Of a stretch of DNA of 64,000 nucleotides, positions 24,455 to 38,095 are shown piece after piece. Position numbers and translations under genes: made by a program. Position 1 is the stretch's first letter, and each line of letters starts with the position of its first letter. Source of the stretch: Epiperipatus broadwayi (taxonomy: Eukaryota > Animalia > Onychophora); contig JAQFVV010000011.1 in assembly GCA_028023455.1 (NCBI GenBank), positions 310,001-374,000 on the forward strand, given 5' to 3'. The notes under the pieces are model-generated. The model did not search any database. It was not told where the DNA came from and saw only the letters and a list, made by a program, of their open reading frames with translations.

Positions 24455-24830
24455 AAAAGGAATATGGCTTTATTACTCAGGAGTTCATAAGAAGTTTGAG
24501 CGGCAGATCTGTGGGCACCAAAATCAATCCTGGAACCTCCCCATCTCAAATCAGAAGCTCTTCTAACTGTGCCAAACAACACAGGATAAAATCGCAATGG
24601 CTTTATTTATCAGGAGTTCATAAGAAGTTTAAGTGCCAGTTCTGCACACACCAGAAAGGACCTCCCAATCCAAGTTGAAGGCTGTACCAACTGCCAAGCC
24701 ACAGAGCCATTGAAATGATTCTATAATTGAAAATAGAAATGATACCTGGGACCTTATGATTCTAGTTGGATGGTCTACCAATTGTGCTTAACCATGCAGG
24801 ACCATCGAAATGATTCTGTAATCATAGAGA
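24455..24830 (-). mobile_element. Tandem degenerate tRNA-derived units (family D)
   Basis: Three head-to-tail tRNA-like heads (A-box-like GGCACAGTT/GCACAATTGG); two carry the tail seen at 9869-9985. Confidence 0.55.
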
Positions 24831-25329
24831 GAAATGATAATTTATTATACTAAAATTTGCTCATTCCACTGCACACATTTCAAACACTTGAATAAAACAC
24901 ATGTTTTCAAATGAGTTAATACAAGAAATTTAACACTTGTAGATTAAATTGTAGTAGTCTGATAATTTATTCCTAAAGATAATTTCATTAGATTTGAAAA
25001 TTACTGTGTAGTAAATCTATATCGAAAGATTTCACATTGTTTATTTATATATAACATTTAGTGAATTAAATGTGATGGTGTTTAAAGCTTCACGCTCTTG
25101 GTTCAAGATGCTTGAGTCTGGCTTATTTATATATAAATTTAAGTAGAGAAGAAGGTGGTTCCATTTTTTTCTCATTAAATCTCCGCCTTGTGTCTTGAAT
25201 TTAGAGTTCCTGGTACAGTCATTATTACTATCTGATTGGCTGTCATTTAAGCATTTTTAAGGTGCATCTGTCAAAGGTTTTAGTCTTTCACGTTATTAAA
25301 AGATAACAATGTGTTAATTAATTTTGTAA

Positions 25330-25800
25330 GAGAAAGCCAGATGCTTATAAAATAGTTTGTGCAATGATAGAGAATGGATTTATAAAAGCCCTAAATGAAA
25401 TAAAAAATGACAAAGCAGTAGAAATTGCTATTTCTTTTGAATTCCCAACTATCAATATTTTTATGCAAAGGGTAGTTGGTAGATTGCTTCTTAACAATTG
25501 TCACTCTTATCCAGAAAAAGCTTAATGTAATGGAATGTGAAGATTTTAAAATGATTACTATAATCTCAAACGTTTTGAGTGTTGAGTTGGCAGATTTCCT
25601 ACAGATTAGATTTCTATTACTGATAAGCATTTTGGATTTAGAAAAAGTAGACCAACAAAAGATTTGTTGAAAATTATTGTTGATATATATAGAGAAGGGG
25701 TGAGGTCAATATTTGTTTTGTTGATCAGAGAAATCATTTGTTGGGGTAAATTAGTTACGTGTTGAATATTTGAAGAAGAAAAATAAACGAGAGATATTTA
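25330..25800 (+). pseudogene. Decayed RTE-like reverse transcriptase fragment
   Basis: Broken-frame FIKALNEIKNDKA, MECEDFKMITIISN and KHFGFRKSRPTKD motifs. Confidence 0.5.
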
Positions 25801-26684
25801 GTAGAAAATCTGCACACATGTATCAAAATTATTTATTAATACTAATATTTCTTGATTTGATACTTACATATTAGATCTGCCGTTAACTATGACATATGTA
25901 ATAGTCTGGCGATAACTTTTTAATCTTGTGATCTTGTAAAATAACACCTGCACAGGATCTTAATTTCTTTAGCACAAAGATAGGACCAATTTTCTGAGTG
26001 GTAATTGAACATAACTGTTAAATTTATTAATGCACAATTGTATAATATTTAAACAATTTACCTGTCAAAGTTCTATCAAAAATAAAATATAAAACATCTA
26101 AGAAAAGAAAATGGTGATCTATAACTTTATTTAGTGAAAAAAAAAATCTAAACTTTTAGCAATAATAAACTTATTCCAATAGAAGCAAATGATTTTTTGT
26201 TACAATTACTGGTGTGGACTGAAGTTTTTTACATTATGCAAATGCAAACAAATGTGTCCCTTTTTTTTAAACATAAAATTAGTAGCTTTGAATAACAATC
26301 TTCCCTGACTGAAACATCTAATATTCTCATAAAAATAATAATTTTCCTTTTTACAACACTATAAATGTGTTTAATTTGATTGTTATTTAGATACTTATTT
26401 TGCCATCCACTTTCATCACAGCAGATCTAGTATGTAAGTACCCCTAATGTTTTTTTTGTTTGTTTATTACAATGTGTTATAAACAAGCAGTGCATTTAAA
26501 TCATCAGATTGGGTTCATGATTTTGGAATTCAAAGCTGGAACCTATTCAGTTATGTATCTAATGAACCACTGTTAACCTCCACTTTAATATCAATCTAAA
26601 AGCCAGAAATTCAAAAAATTCTCAGGTTTTACCCAAGCAATAGTTATAGAGATCTGATTTTAGGCTTGTGATTATATATTATAG

Positions 26685-27551
26685 CAGTGGTGCCCAACCT
26701 TTAACTTGACGCGAGCCAGTTGAGAATTTAAAAAAATTTGGGGAGCCACAATTATATATTACATTTTTCATATTACATTTATAAACATGGTACTTGGGTA
26801 CTAAACCTGCAATGTAGGGAGATAGGTGGGGGGGGGATGGCCTATTCACATTGGTATCAATCCCCCGTTTCTAATGTGGCCAAAATAACGTGTACACGGA
26901 TCTTTCTCGATGAAAACATCAATATATACAGCAAAATATATATGTGTACACGAATCTATCTCGATAAAAACAACTATTTACAGCACTAAACATCAATATA
27001 TATATACAGCAAAATATATACGTGTACACGGATAAAAACAACTGTTTACAGCACTAAACATCGATATATACAGCAAAATATATACGTGTACATGGATCTA
27101 TCTCGATAAAAACTATTTCCAGCACTAAACACAATATATATACAGCACCAAACCAAACGTCTACAAGGATCTTTCTCGATAAAAACAACAATATATACAA
27201 GAGCACTAAACACAATATATATATATAGCACCAAACCAAACGTGTACAGCAAAAAAAAAAATGGTGTAATATGTTAAAAAGAAAAAAAATGTAAATACAT
27301 TTTATTTATTAAAAATTTGGTAACATACATATAAATTACAATTACAGGAAAAATATATTTTATTTAATGTGAAACCTGACACTGCATATCGTTATTGTTT
27401 GTATTGTAAAAATGTTTATTTTTTAGTGTGTGCATGTGCCATCAAGGAACATAAAATATTTTATCAATTTTTTTAAAGAGTGCAATTCGAGCCACATTAA
27501 ACAGTTACGCGAGCCACATGTGACTCGCGAGCTACGGGTTGGGCATCCCTG
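26685..27551. mobile_element. Non-autonomous hAT (Charlie-like) element with internal tandem repeats
   Basis: TIRs cagtggtgcccaacct / gggttgggcatccctg, a perfect 8-bp TSD tattatag (26677-26684, 27552-27559), and an internal repeat array at ~26880-27250. Confidence 0.9.
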
Positions 27552-28299
27552 TATTATAGTAACACCATTTAATTGCTAACTATATACAATTTATATCAAT
27601 ATCAACACATCTCTCAATACTTTAGTTTACAATAATGTTACATAAATCAAGTGTACAATAAATGGCGATAGAATAGAGAACTGCTATTGTTTCTATAATA
27701 CTAGTTAAATTTAATGCTCTTCATAAATACAAAGATAAATAAAGATAGTAGTGTAAGACAAGGATATTATTTAGTTCTTATTTTGCTTAGTATGTAATAA
27801 GGTAAATTGTTAAAAGTTGGTTGAGAAGAATGGATTAATTAAGCATTAAAAGTAGTTGTATTTATTTATCAGATTTACTAATGATATGGCTGTAATTACA
27901 GAATAGGAGAAAATAAGGTTAAAATGTATGTAGGCTTGATAGAATTTATAAAAAAATTGATATGAAAATAAAACCAAAGTAGTGAAGACAGATAGTGGAA
28001 AGAAAAGATTAAAAGTAAACATTAGCAGGAAGATAATAATAATCAAATAGTTTATTGTTCAGGAATATCGGAAATGACTACAGCTGAGATCCATGAACTT
28101 TGACCTCCAGTCATAGAACAAATTACAATATTTTAAATATAAAGTTGATTAAGTAATGATCCAAATAGAAAAAAAAAAGTCTTAGTATTTCAGTGGTTAA
28201 TTTGACTTTTAATAACAGTAAAATATTATCTTTGTTCATTGAAATTAGATTTAAAAAAGAGACTTACTACTAATTATTTAAAGTTTCATTTTATATATT

Positions 28300-28620
28300 A
28301 TGCAGATGTGGACAATTAGACAAAACAGGGGGAAAATATTTAAAATTGTGGATTTGGAAGGTAATGAGGAGATACATTAGAAAGAATTATGAAATGTAAA
28401 AAGCAGTGAAAAGTTTATTGAGATTTTTTTTGTCCAAAAAAAAAATATTAGATTAGGTGTGTATTTCAAAGTAAAATAGTTAAAATATATTGAAAACAAT
28501 TAGGATGGGTTAAAATAATGAGAGAGGAAAGAAGTTGTTAGATGATCTTAAAAAGGCGAGAAGTTATGAATATTTAAAGAATATAGCAAGGAGTAGAAAT
28601 GATGTCTGATTAATTGCCTG
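28300..28620 (+). mobile_element. Decayed RTE-like 3' fragment
   Basis: Similar to the reverse complement of 31400-31900 (tgtggacaatt.., ttgttagatgat..). Confidence 0.4.
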
Positions 28621-29429
28621 GAAAGTAACTAATGATGATAATTGGATTGTAATAAAGCAGATATCTATATGCTCTCCAATATCAAGAAGAATATTAATTA
28701 TAATTAAACCTGCTCAAGATGAGATTAGTCACAAAACAAGTCACAGCAAGAAAAAGGAAAATTCTGTTTCTTATTGTCAGTGATTGCCCTTTGACACAGT
28801 AAAATATATTTTTAGTATCAAAATTTGTGGCTTAATTAAAAGTATATTAACCTTTTTTTATAAATTTTAGACTATTTGTAGCATTCATTTTGTAGTTCTG
28901 TGACCATTTGATAACAAAAACTAGAATTCAATCTGTTTTGATTGATAGTAGTTCTATCTAAATTTCTTAGATGTTAGCATTTTTTAGCAAAAAGTGAATT
29001 CAAGAGATCAATCAATATGGTATTACAAGAAGATATTTACTGTATATGTGATGACCACTTTTTAAAAATTGACTTCATCTTTCAAAAAAAGCAAAAATAC
29101 AACTTTACACATTTTGTAAAATTATTTTTGTAAAATTAACTATTTCTTATTAAGTATTTGATATATTCATTCAGCTTTTGTTTGAAAATATTTGGTTTTT
29201 TTAAGCAGAAATGCAATCAGTCATAGCAAATGTGAAGAACATATTGTTAAATGAGACTTTCACATTTATTATTTTTATATTATTTTTTTAATTATAAATG
29301 AATTTTAATATCTAAAAAATAATTTAATTGCATGAACATATTTTTTACAAAATTTGTTTTACTGATAAAAATTTACTGAAGAAAATCTTTTGATTATTTA
29401 TTTTGATTTAATATAGGGTATATGAGCAC

Positions 29430-29700
29430 AGACTTTCAGATGACCCATCACCATCCACTCTATCTAATAACACTGATACACTCAAGCACATGTATGCTGA
29501 AAAGATAAATAATCAATATACGTATTTCATGCTAATCCAGCAATCATCAGTTGATCCTGATTATCATCTCCCACACATATAAGTGCTCAGATATATATTA
29601 AGATAGACAATCTTCATACCTTAATGGACAGGCTCCAATCTACTACACACTCCAACTCTTCAACCATCCATCCAATTGAAAATCTGATGATGGAATGCTC
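29430..29700 (-). mobile_element. Family B HHR element
   Basis: Homologous to 47636-47986 and 49480-49805. Confidence 0.85.
29513..29554 (-). ncRNA. Minimal hammerhead ribozyme, family B
   Basis: tcaa CTGATGA ttgctg gat tagcat GAAA T acgt A TA | ttga. Stem III carries the palindrome ATACGTAT; the base of stem II has a T-T mismatch. Confidence 0.65.
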
Positions 29701-30409
29701 ATATACTCTATATTACATATATAGACACAGGTATATAATAAGCCTGTGTGTAATCTTTTTTTTATATTTGTTGTGAACTTTTGTTCCTTTTTTTTCAAAC
29801 ATGAAGATTTAATGATAAATAAGTAAATAAATAATAAATAAGTTTTAAAAATAAACAGAAACAACAATGGCCCAGTGTAGTGGGAAAAATTGGCTGCTTG
29901 CATCTCAAATAAAAAAAATATTTATAAATTTTATATGTACTTTCTATAAAGTGTAGTGGCAGCCATTTTCTTTTCTTGCTCAAATTTGTTTCTGCAAAAC
30001 AGCAGTACATTTCCAATAGTGAAATCACTGCAGTAAAAAAATAAAATTTATATATTTTTAATTTACAGTGTTAATGTTGGCACTGCAATTTTAGAATAAG
30101 AAAATGGCCGATGCTATCTTGAAATTAATGAATTTAACTTATTTTGTGGCATCATATTTTTTGCATCTCATTATCAATTTTTATCATAAGAAAAATGAAG
30201 AAGGTAGTAAGTTGTATTTTTTGATAAAAATAGGGTGATCAATTGTGGTATTGCACATACATGTGTAAATTTGTTCTTTTTCAATTTACTATTTTGGTGT
30301 TTTTTATAGCTGTACTATTTTATGTTTTTCTGTAATTATTTTTGTTAATATCTTAATGTGTATGCATGGTTTGGTATAATGGTTAAGTAGTAGACTGGAG
30401 CACACAGAC

Positions 30410-31140
30410 CATGGATTGTGGTCTAAGTTGATTACTTTCATTGTTTAAACTTCATATAAATTCCCAAGCAATGAATCTTCAAATCATTTTTATTTTTAAT
30501 ATCTGTAGATTTTGATATCCTTATGAAGACTTGGAAACAAATGGCCAGGTACAGATATCTATTGCATATGGACATATATATTTTAATTAAATATTTACTA
30601 TAATATGAATTAATAACTACATTATAAAACTTTTTTTATTAAGATTGTAAAGTCTCTATTAAAGTTTTAAATGAAAAAAAAAGTATGTAGGATCATTGTT
30701 TCTAAGGTCTAACACATCCATTGACCATGTTACAGTCCAAATTTCTTTCATCATATATTTGTAATAACATATTCAAAATCCATGGATTATGCTAGCTTGG
30801 TCACTTTCATTGTTTAAACTTCATATAAATTCCCAAGCAATGAATCATCAAATCATTTTTATTTTTAACATCTATAGATTTTGATGTCCTTATGAAGGCT
30901 TAGAAACAAATGGTCAGGTATAAATATCTGTTGCATGTGAACATATATATTTTAATTAAATATTTACTATAATATGAATTAATAATCACATTATAAAACT
31001 TTTTTATTAAGATTGAAAAGCCCTATTAAAGTCTGAAATAAGAAAAAAAGTACTTAGGATCATTGTTTCTAAAGTCTAATCCATTCATTGACCATGCTAC
31101 AGTTCAAATTTCTTTCATCATATATTTGTAATAACATATT
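30410..31140. repeat. Tandem duplication, unit ~370 bp, 2 copies
   Basis: catggatt at 30410 and 30781; ttgtttaaacttcatataaattcccaagcaatgaatc at 30441 and 30810. Confidence 0.9.
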
Positions 31141-31399
31141 TTAGATGTGAAAGATATTACCATGTAACTCTTTAAGCTATTGTTTGTTGGATAGAATTAG
31201 TGTATAAAATGTTTAAAAAATTTAAGTGGTTAGTAAGAAAAATAATTTCTCTTGCCAACTCTATACTATGTACTATATGAGTCATGTGATAAAATCATGA
31301 TTTTTTTTATTGGTTAAAAATAAATCAGCCATCTCAATGTTCTGACTTGAAGGGAATTATTTTTTCATTACTTCAATCAGTCTTTTGTCCTTTGGATAA

Positions 31400-31990
31400 T
31401 TCCAGAGAGTACTCACATCACAAATTCATCCATTTCTCCACCTTTTCTCTTTATTACCCAGCTCCTCTGTTTCATGTATCTCTTCCCATCTTCTATATCA
31501 TCCAGCAAGGTCAATCTTTTTCATTCTTCTTGTTTCCATCACCATTCCTTTCAAACCGTTTTCATTAAATTTCTCTCTGTCTCTAATTTCCTCAATTAAT
31601 CTTTTTTCATTTACTTTTTTCAAATTTTTTTCATTTGTCAATTTATTCATCCAACTTATTTTTTATATCCTTCTCCATGACCATATCTCCAAGACTTTCT
31701 AATCTGTTCCTAATTTTCTTTATTCATTGTCCACATTTCACAACCATACAATGCTACACATCACATATTCCAATCTGTTCCTATTTTTTTTTTATTCATT
31801 GTCCACATTTCACAATCATACAATACTACACATCACATATTCCAATCTGTTCCTAATTTTCTTTACTCATTGTCCACATTTCACAACCATACAATACTAC
31901 ACATCACATATAACATTTAATTAATCTTTTCATAAATTCTCTCTTCAAAGATCCACAAAATATTTTCTTTCTCTTAGTAAATCCTTTCTT
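31400..31990 (-). mobile_element. RTE-like 3' ORF fragment with an internal ~71-bp triplication
   Basis: Minus-strand RNRLESLGDM..WRRI*KISWMNKLTN, like the RTE motif AFEMW.WRRM.KISW..K.TNEEVL. The unit repeats at 31701, 31772 and 31844. Confidence 0.7.
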
Positions 31991-32426
31991 TGTCAATCCT
32001 GTTCTTTTAATTTTATTTAACATTATAAGAAGTATATATTTCATTCTTTGAAATTGTTAAAAAATATATAAAACTAGATTAACTTGTCTTTGTAAGTACT
32101 ATATTGTCAACAATGTCACATAACATTGCCATATGCTTACCCGAAATATTTTTTTACAAATATTAGTAAGTTAAAATTTAAATCATAAAGTTATCAACCT
32201 TTTTTATTTTGAACAGGAAATGTAACAATAGTTTTTTCAAATAATATTAATTAAAAAATACAAATACTCACACCATTGTAATTCTCACCTTGATAGCTTT
32301 TGTGCAGTAGTAGAGTGATGGATTCTGGAATTCATGGTCTATGGATCATGGCTTTACTTTATCTTTATTGCTCAAACTTATTATGAGTTCCCTAATAATA
32401 AATTCTTTCATTATTTTATTATTATT

Positions 32427-32775
32427 AGAGAGGATTTGAATACTGTCAAGCTCCCTTCAGCTATCCACTCCATTTATATAACTTATATACATGACCACAT
32501 ACATGTGAAAAAGACAAATTTATCTCCAATATATGTATTTCATGGTGAAACAGCATTCACCAGTTGGTCCAGTGCTCAGTTTATTAGCAAATATTCAAAC
32601 TTTAATGGACTGGCTTCAATTTTTCTCCACCCTCCAACTCTTCAGAGATTCATATTATTGAAAATCTGATGATAGAATGTTCAAAGTCCTTGTTAATGCC
32701 AATATTATTGTCATACCCATGTTGACTTTAATTCATTCTGATCCCTCATATATAGGACCTTGTATTTAAATATTT
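32427..32775 (-). mobile_element. Family B element with a decayed HHR
   Basis: Homologous to the other B copies; the core reads CTGGTGA..GAAA. Confidence 0.8.
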
Positions 32776-32954
32776 TATTTGTTATAATTTTTATAAATAT
32801 GCACACATTTTAATATAAGAACTAATGAATTGTGATCTCCCATTTATCTCAGAACATGGTATCATACCACATATTAAACATGCACAGCAACTTAGGAATT
32901 GTGCATTTAACATTTAAAACAAAGATGAAACAAACAGAAAGTTTCTATATTTAT

Positions 32955-33635
32955 GCATTTGCATAGCTGAGAAAGTAGCATAATTTTCTGGCAAATCTAT
33001 CACTAACTGTAAGCTTTAGTAAATAATAATAGATGCCAGATGATAGTTATTATTAAATCCCTACCTTGTGCTGGCATCCAATATCCCCAGACTAGTTTTG
33101 AGCTTATAGCCTTCCTCATTGAGGAGTTTTGGATTTTAGAGCAATGCACATAGACCTTTGGGATCTATTGTATTCTCCTTCCAACAATCATTTTTTACCT
33201 TCTTGTTATATTAAGCTATGAGAGCAGACTAAAAAACATATAAATGTTTTCAATCTAAGTCAACATGCCTGCATAGCCATATGGATCTGAAAACAATTCA
33301 GTTTCTATATATTATGGTGTCCTTCATTTTTTAATGATTATAGACTTTTGTATTCTACTTCCAGGATTGGTGATAAATCAATAAAATATTACCTGATGTC
33401 ATCACATGACTTTAGCTTAAATATTGATGTTATAGCAGCATAATTTTTACTCATCTCTATGCCATTTACTGTAAGCTTTAATAAGTAATAATAGATGGCA
33501 GATCATAGTTCTTATTCAATCCCTATCCAATATTCACAAACTAGTTTCAAGCTTATGGCTTTGGTCAGTAGGGAGCGTTCAATCTTGGTATAGAAATTGT
33601 GGAAAATTATGTAAGCTAAAGTCATGTGATGGTAT
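32955..33635 (-). mobile_element. Older family A subfamily (A2): tandem monomers plus an inverted tail
   Basis: catccaatatccccagactagtttt (~33075-33100) is the reverse complement of the A cleavage region. A second unit follows ~455-470 bp later, and an inverted tail (gctaaagtcatgtgat) sits at ~33615-33630. Confidence 0.75.
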
Positions 33636-34267
33636 CATAACTACGAGAGTTAATTGAACATTTATCAAACACTACACTGCACGTGGTTTAATAATGGATA
33701 TAAGGTCTAAAGTTTCAAAGACATCATTTCTGGTTCTCAATTATCGTATGACCTTTTGAATGACAAATCATTTAATTATTTTTTTATATTACTATTAAAC
33801 CCAATCAAAAATTTATCTTTGCCACCTGATGAATTCTTTTCATCATTGGTCTTGTCAAACCAAATTGATATTTAGATGAATATAACATCATCCTCGATAA
33901 ATGCTGAAGGAATGTAAGAATGGGTAAAAGAATTTTAATACCTTCCTAGCATTATTATCATTTTTTTAACATAGCCAAATATTATTTCTGTATCAAAAAA
34001 AGTTTTATTACAAATATTTTTTCAAAAATATTTACACAGGAAGAACAAGAGAAATTTACAGAGATGGGTAATTTCATTTATTGTTTTCTGCAATTTCAAA
34101 TGTTCCCAACTAAGTAAAATTATGTAGAAGTTTTACCTTCAGGTTAGGTTTCAGTTCTAATATGTAAATAAAATGTTCACCAATTAAAAGATGCAAGATT
34201 TTTTTTGTACTGGTTTATAGTTACCTTATGCAGATTATCATTGCTTATCAGCAGAAATAACTTAGGG

Positions 34268-34655
34268 CAGGGGTCCCCAACCTTTTTGCACTTAAGAGCA
34301 CATTCTATAATACGGGCCCGGTGGCGGGCACCATTTATTTTTTTCAACCAGATGGCGGGCACCATTTATTTTTTCAAAGTAAATTTATAGTTGGATATTG
34401 TTAATAAAACACATAATGTACAAAGAAATATTTATTTCAAAAATAAAATTTTAACATATAATTAACGTTTATACTTTTAGCTGTAAAAGTATAGTATTTG
34501 ATTACAATATAATACAATAATTTATAAAAAAATTTAAAAATTAAGTTTATTTTTATCAGATAAATAATTTTTTATCATGTTTGGATAGCGGTGGGCACAC
34601 ATAAAATGGTCTGCGGGTGCCATTGTGCCCGCGGGCATAGGGTTGGGGACTCCTG
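34268..34655. mobile_element. hAT (Charlie-like) MITE
   Basis: TIRs caggggtccccaacc / ggttggggactcctg, with a perfect 8-bp TSD acttaggg (34260-34267, 34656-34663). Confidence 0.92.
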
Positions 34656-35129
34656 ACTTAGGGAATGTAGATTGGGTCAATAAATTATTGTACAACTTTA
34701 CTTTTCCACATTCTACTATTTCTGAAAGCATGGGTATTGTTGATTTAAAGTATTGTTCCTGCTTGGCAGATATGTAGTACTATTATTGAACTAGCCTTAT
34801 TATGCCACTTGTATCATTAATGCCTTGTACCTTTTTATGATCAAATATAAAAATGCATGGAATTTGTGAAATAGTTTTTAAAATGTGAATGTGGTGATCA
34901 TATGTTTTACATGCATTAGTTAATAGACATCATCAAATTATTATTATTATTATTATGATTCAGAAATAGGGGAATGTTCAGAAATGTTTGCATGTTTTGT
35001 GACAATGTTTATACAATCAGCTAATAGTATCAAATCTAAATATAAAACATCTTACTATAAGAACTGATTATATATTGGACTATTTCTATCATAGATTTGT
35101 AGTTGTTAACTTCTAACTCATCGCAATTA

Positions 35130-37430
35130 ATTTTTATTTTCATCTTTTGAGAAAATCCATTGAACATTAGACTGTTTAAGATTTTACCTTTAGTCCTACT
35201 TTCTTATTTTCATCTGATAACTTTTGCAACATATGAAATATTATTTACAAAAATAAATACATCACCTGAAAAATCTTTATGATTTAAATAATCTCCATTT
35301 ATTTTACTCCTTTAGCTTTCCATTTTAATCCACAAAATACTTCTTGCAGCACTGCTCTACATCTTGTCTTATACTCTTATTAATGTTAACCTTCTTAGTA
35401 TTACTAGGTAGTCTAATTGTTTCTATTGCATCTTTATAAATATTTTTCAGAATATGAAAATATCTTGGGTCTATATCTTAATGATCCAATGCTTTAATCA
35501 CTGAATAGATGCTTATAGAATCTAATGCCTTTTCATAATATGCAGATCCAAAGCATAATGGCAATTCATATTCATTGGTCTTTTCTATAACTTCTCTCAA
35601 TACTTGGATATGATCTACTGTACTAAAACCACTTTTAAATCCAGCTTTTCATTTTGATTAGTTGAAATTCAAAGTTCTCTATAGACGAGTTGTAATTATC
35701 TTGGTAAAAATTTTGTATAAAACTTATAAAAGATTGATAGGTCTGAAATGTCTAATATCTTCCTTATCACATTTTAAAAATATTAATACTGCATTCTTAC
35801 AATCATCTGGTATATCTCTATCATTTAGACATTTGGTATATAACTTTACCAAAAAAAGTTCTATTTCTTCACCTGCTTCTTTTAACATATCAATTATAAT
35901 TCGATCATTACCTGGGGCTTTACCCTTCTTCAATAAGTTTAATTGCATATCTCACTTTTTCATTTTAAATCCTGGGCAATTCAGAAGATATAATAGTTGT
36001 AGGAGGTACTTGTTCTTTATTACTATATAATTCTTGATAGAACTCTTTTACTCATTTCATTATATCATTTCTCTTTTTAGTAATAGTTCCACCTTTTTTT
36101 CTTATTGTAGATATAAGTTTCCTACCAATACCAAAGTGTTGTTTTACATTCTTGAGACTTTTATTCTCTTCTACAGCTTTCCTTGTTAGTTCACAATTAT
36201 ACTTTCTTATATCATTATCAACTCTTTTTCACACCATTTTACAAAATTCAAGATATTCAATCCTAAATGCATCATTTTTATATATTTTCATATTCCTTCA
36301 TTTCTTCATAAATTCTTTAGTTTCAGTAGAAATTTTATTGATCAATTGCTACTTTTTTTTTTTTTTACCAGCCATCTTTGTTGCAGTTTTTAAAAGTACA
36401 GTATATCAGTTATTTTCCTATTAATTTCATTCATGTCTGAAAATCAGATTCAAACAAACGATTTGCAAGTTCATTTAAATTCATTAGAATGTTTCTGAAG
36501 ATTAGGAATATCAACTGTGAATATATATATTTTTTAATAATTTTTGTCTCTTAGTTTTGCATTAACACATATTTTACATCTTATTAATCAATGATCACTT
36601 CCTGTGTTGAATTTTGTAATGACATTATAATCTTGAAAGATGTATTTTCTGTTAGTCAAAATATAATCCAATTCTGCTGTACTTTCATTTGGATGCTTCC
36701 ATGTCCATTTCCTTTTAATTTTTTTCTCAAAAAAAAAAAAAAAAAAGAATTCATAATATAAACTTTTTCATTTTCTGCAAACTCCACAAGTCTATGTCCT
36801 CTCTCATTGCTATTACCACAATGAAATTTACCTACAGCACTTTCATCTTTTATTTGTTTACTAAATGTAACATTAAAGTCTTCCATAGCAATTGTAAAAT
36901 ATTGTTTGGTCTGATCAAAAGCTCTTTATATATATCCATTTAAAAATCTTCTATAACTTCATCACTAAGAGAACTTGTTGGGGCATAAACCTGAATTATC
37001 TGAATTTAGTATCTGCTATTAAGTTGAATAACTATTCTTGCCACTCTGTCCAATACACCACCAATCTCCATGTTGTTCTTCCAGTTTTTATTTATAATGA
37101 CTCATACTCATCTTTTACTTCTAATATGTGTGCCTTTGTAGTAGAATATTTGACCGTTTTTTAAATTAATTGTCTCTTCACCTTTTATTCTGACTTCACA
37201 AAGTCCAATAATATCCCATTTAATATAAGACAGTTCTTTTTCCAATTTTTGCTATCTTCCTTCACTTAAAAGTGATCTGTAGTTGTAAGTACCTAAATAA
37301 AAAGTCATCATCCAATGGCAGCCTGGGTCTGCAATTAGGAGATTATTAGCACCATCCACCTTTGGCTACCAACTGCTGCCTTGCCTGGTGACTTTACAAT
37401 CTCCTGGGAATAAGACCCATGATTTATTTT
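35130..37430 (-). mobile_element. Decayed RTE-clade LINE (5' region, AP endonuclease, RT)
   Basis: EDFN..AVGKFHCGNSNERGHRLVEFAENEKVYIMNSFF (APE); KKGKAPGNDRIIIDMLKEAGEE..FRPINLL and AGFKSGFSTVDHIQVLREVIEK (RT). Confidence 0.9.
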
Positions 37431-37789
37431 TGTCTGTCATGATTGTAAATATTTATTAAAAAAAAAAAAGTCATTCACACACGTTCATATACTATATGAA
37501 TAATCACATAGTAATAACAGCTGCAATGTCAACAACATACGGTGCGGGTATTAGGAATTTACCTTGCTCAGTTCTTTTAAAGACTCCAAGAAGAATCAAA
37601 GGGCCTCCATTCAGTTAACAGTAAACTATACATATATTTAACATTAATTGAATGAAAAATTCTTGGTTATATTCAAATTCGAAAAGAAACAAACAAAATT
37701 AGGTTCATTGGAATTCTTCAACCAATTAAAGACAGCATTAAATGTTTTTTGTAAAGAAATTAGATGATTAAATCAAAGAAACCAAATTG

Positions 37790-38095
37790 ATTCTACCTAG
37801 AGCTGAGGTCTTCATTACAGGCATTAGAATTTGTTCCCGATAAATTTGAATGTTTAATTTAAGCCAACATGCCTGCACAATCATATAGATCTGAAACCAA
37901 TTCAGTTTCTGTATATTATAGTGTTTTTAATTTTTTGATAAATATGTACACCTCTCTCCCCTTGGCCTGAAATTGGCATAATCCAATAAAATATTACCTG
38001 AATTCATCACATGACTAGTTTACATAGTGCTACTATAACAGCATAATTTCCCTACATTTCTATGTCATTAATTGCAAGCTTTAATAAAGTACTAT
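37790..38095 (-). mobile_element. Family A2 remnant
   Basis: gccaacatgcctgc..gatctgaaaccaattcagtttct..catcacatgac matches 33255-33410. Confidence 0.7.

Noticed and set aside
26880-27250. Internal repeats of the hAT element as an independent system
   Set aside because: They are fully enclosed by TIRs and TSD; internal tandem arrays are common in non-autonomous hAT elements.
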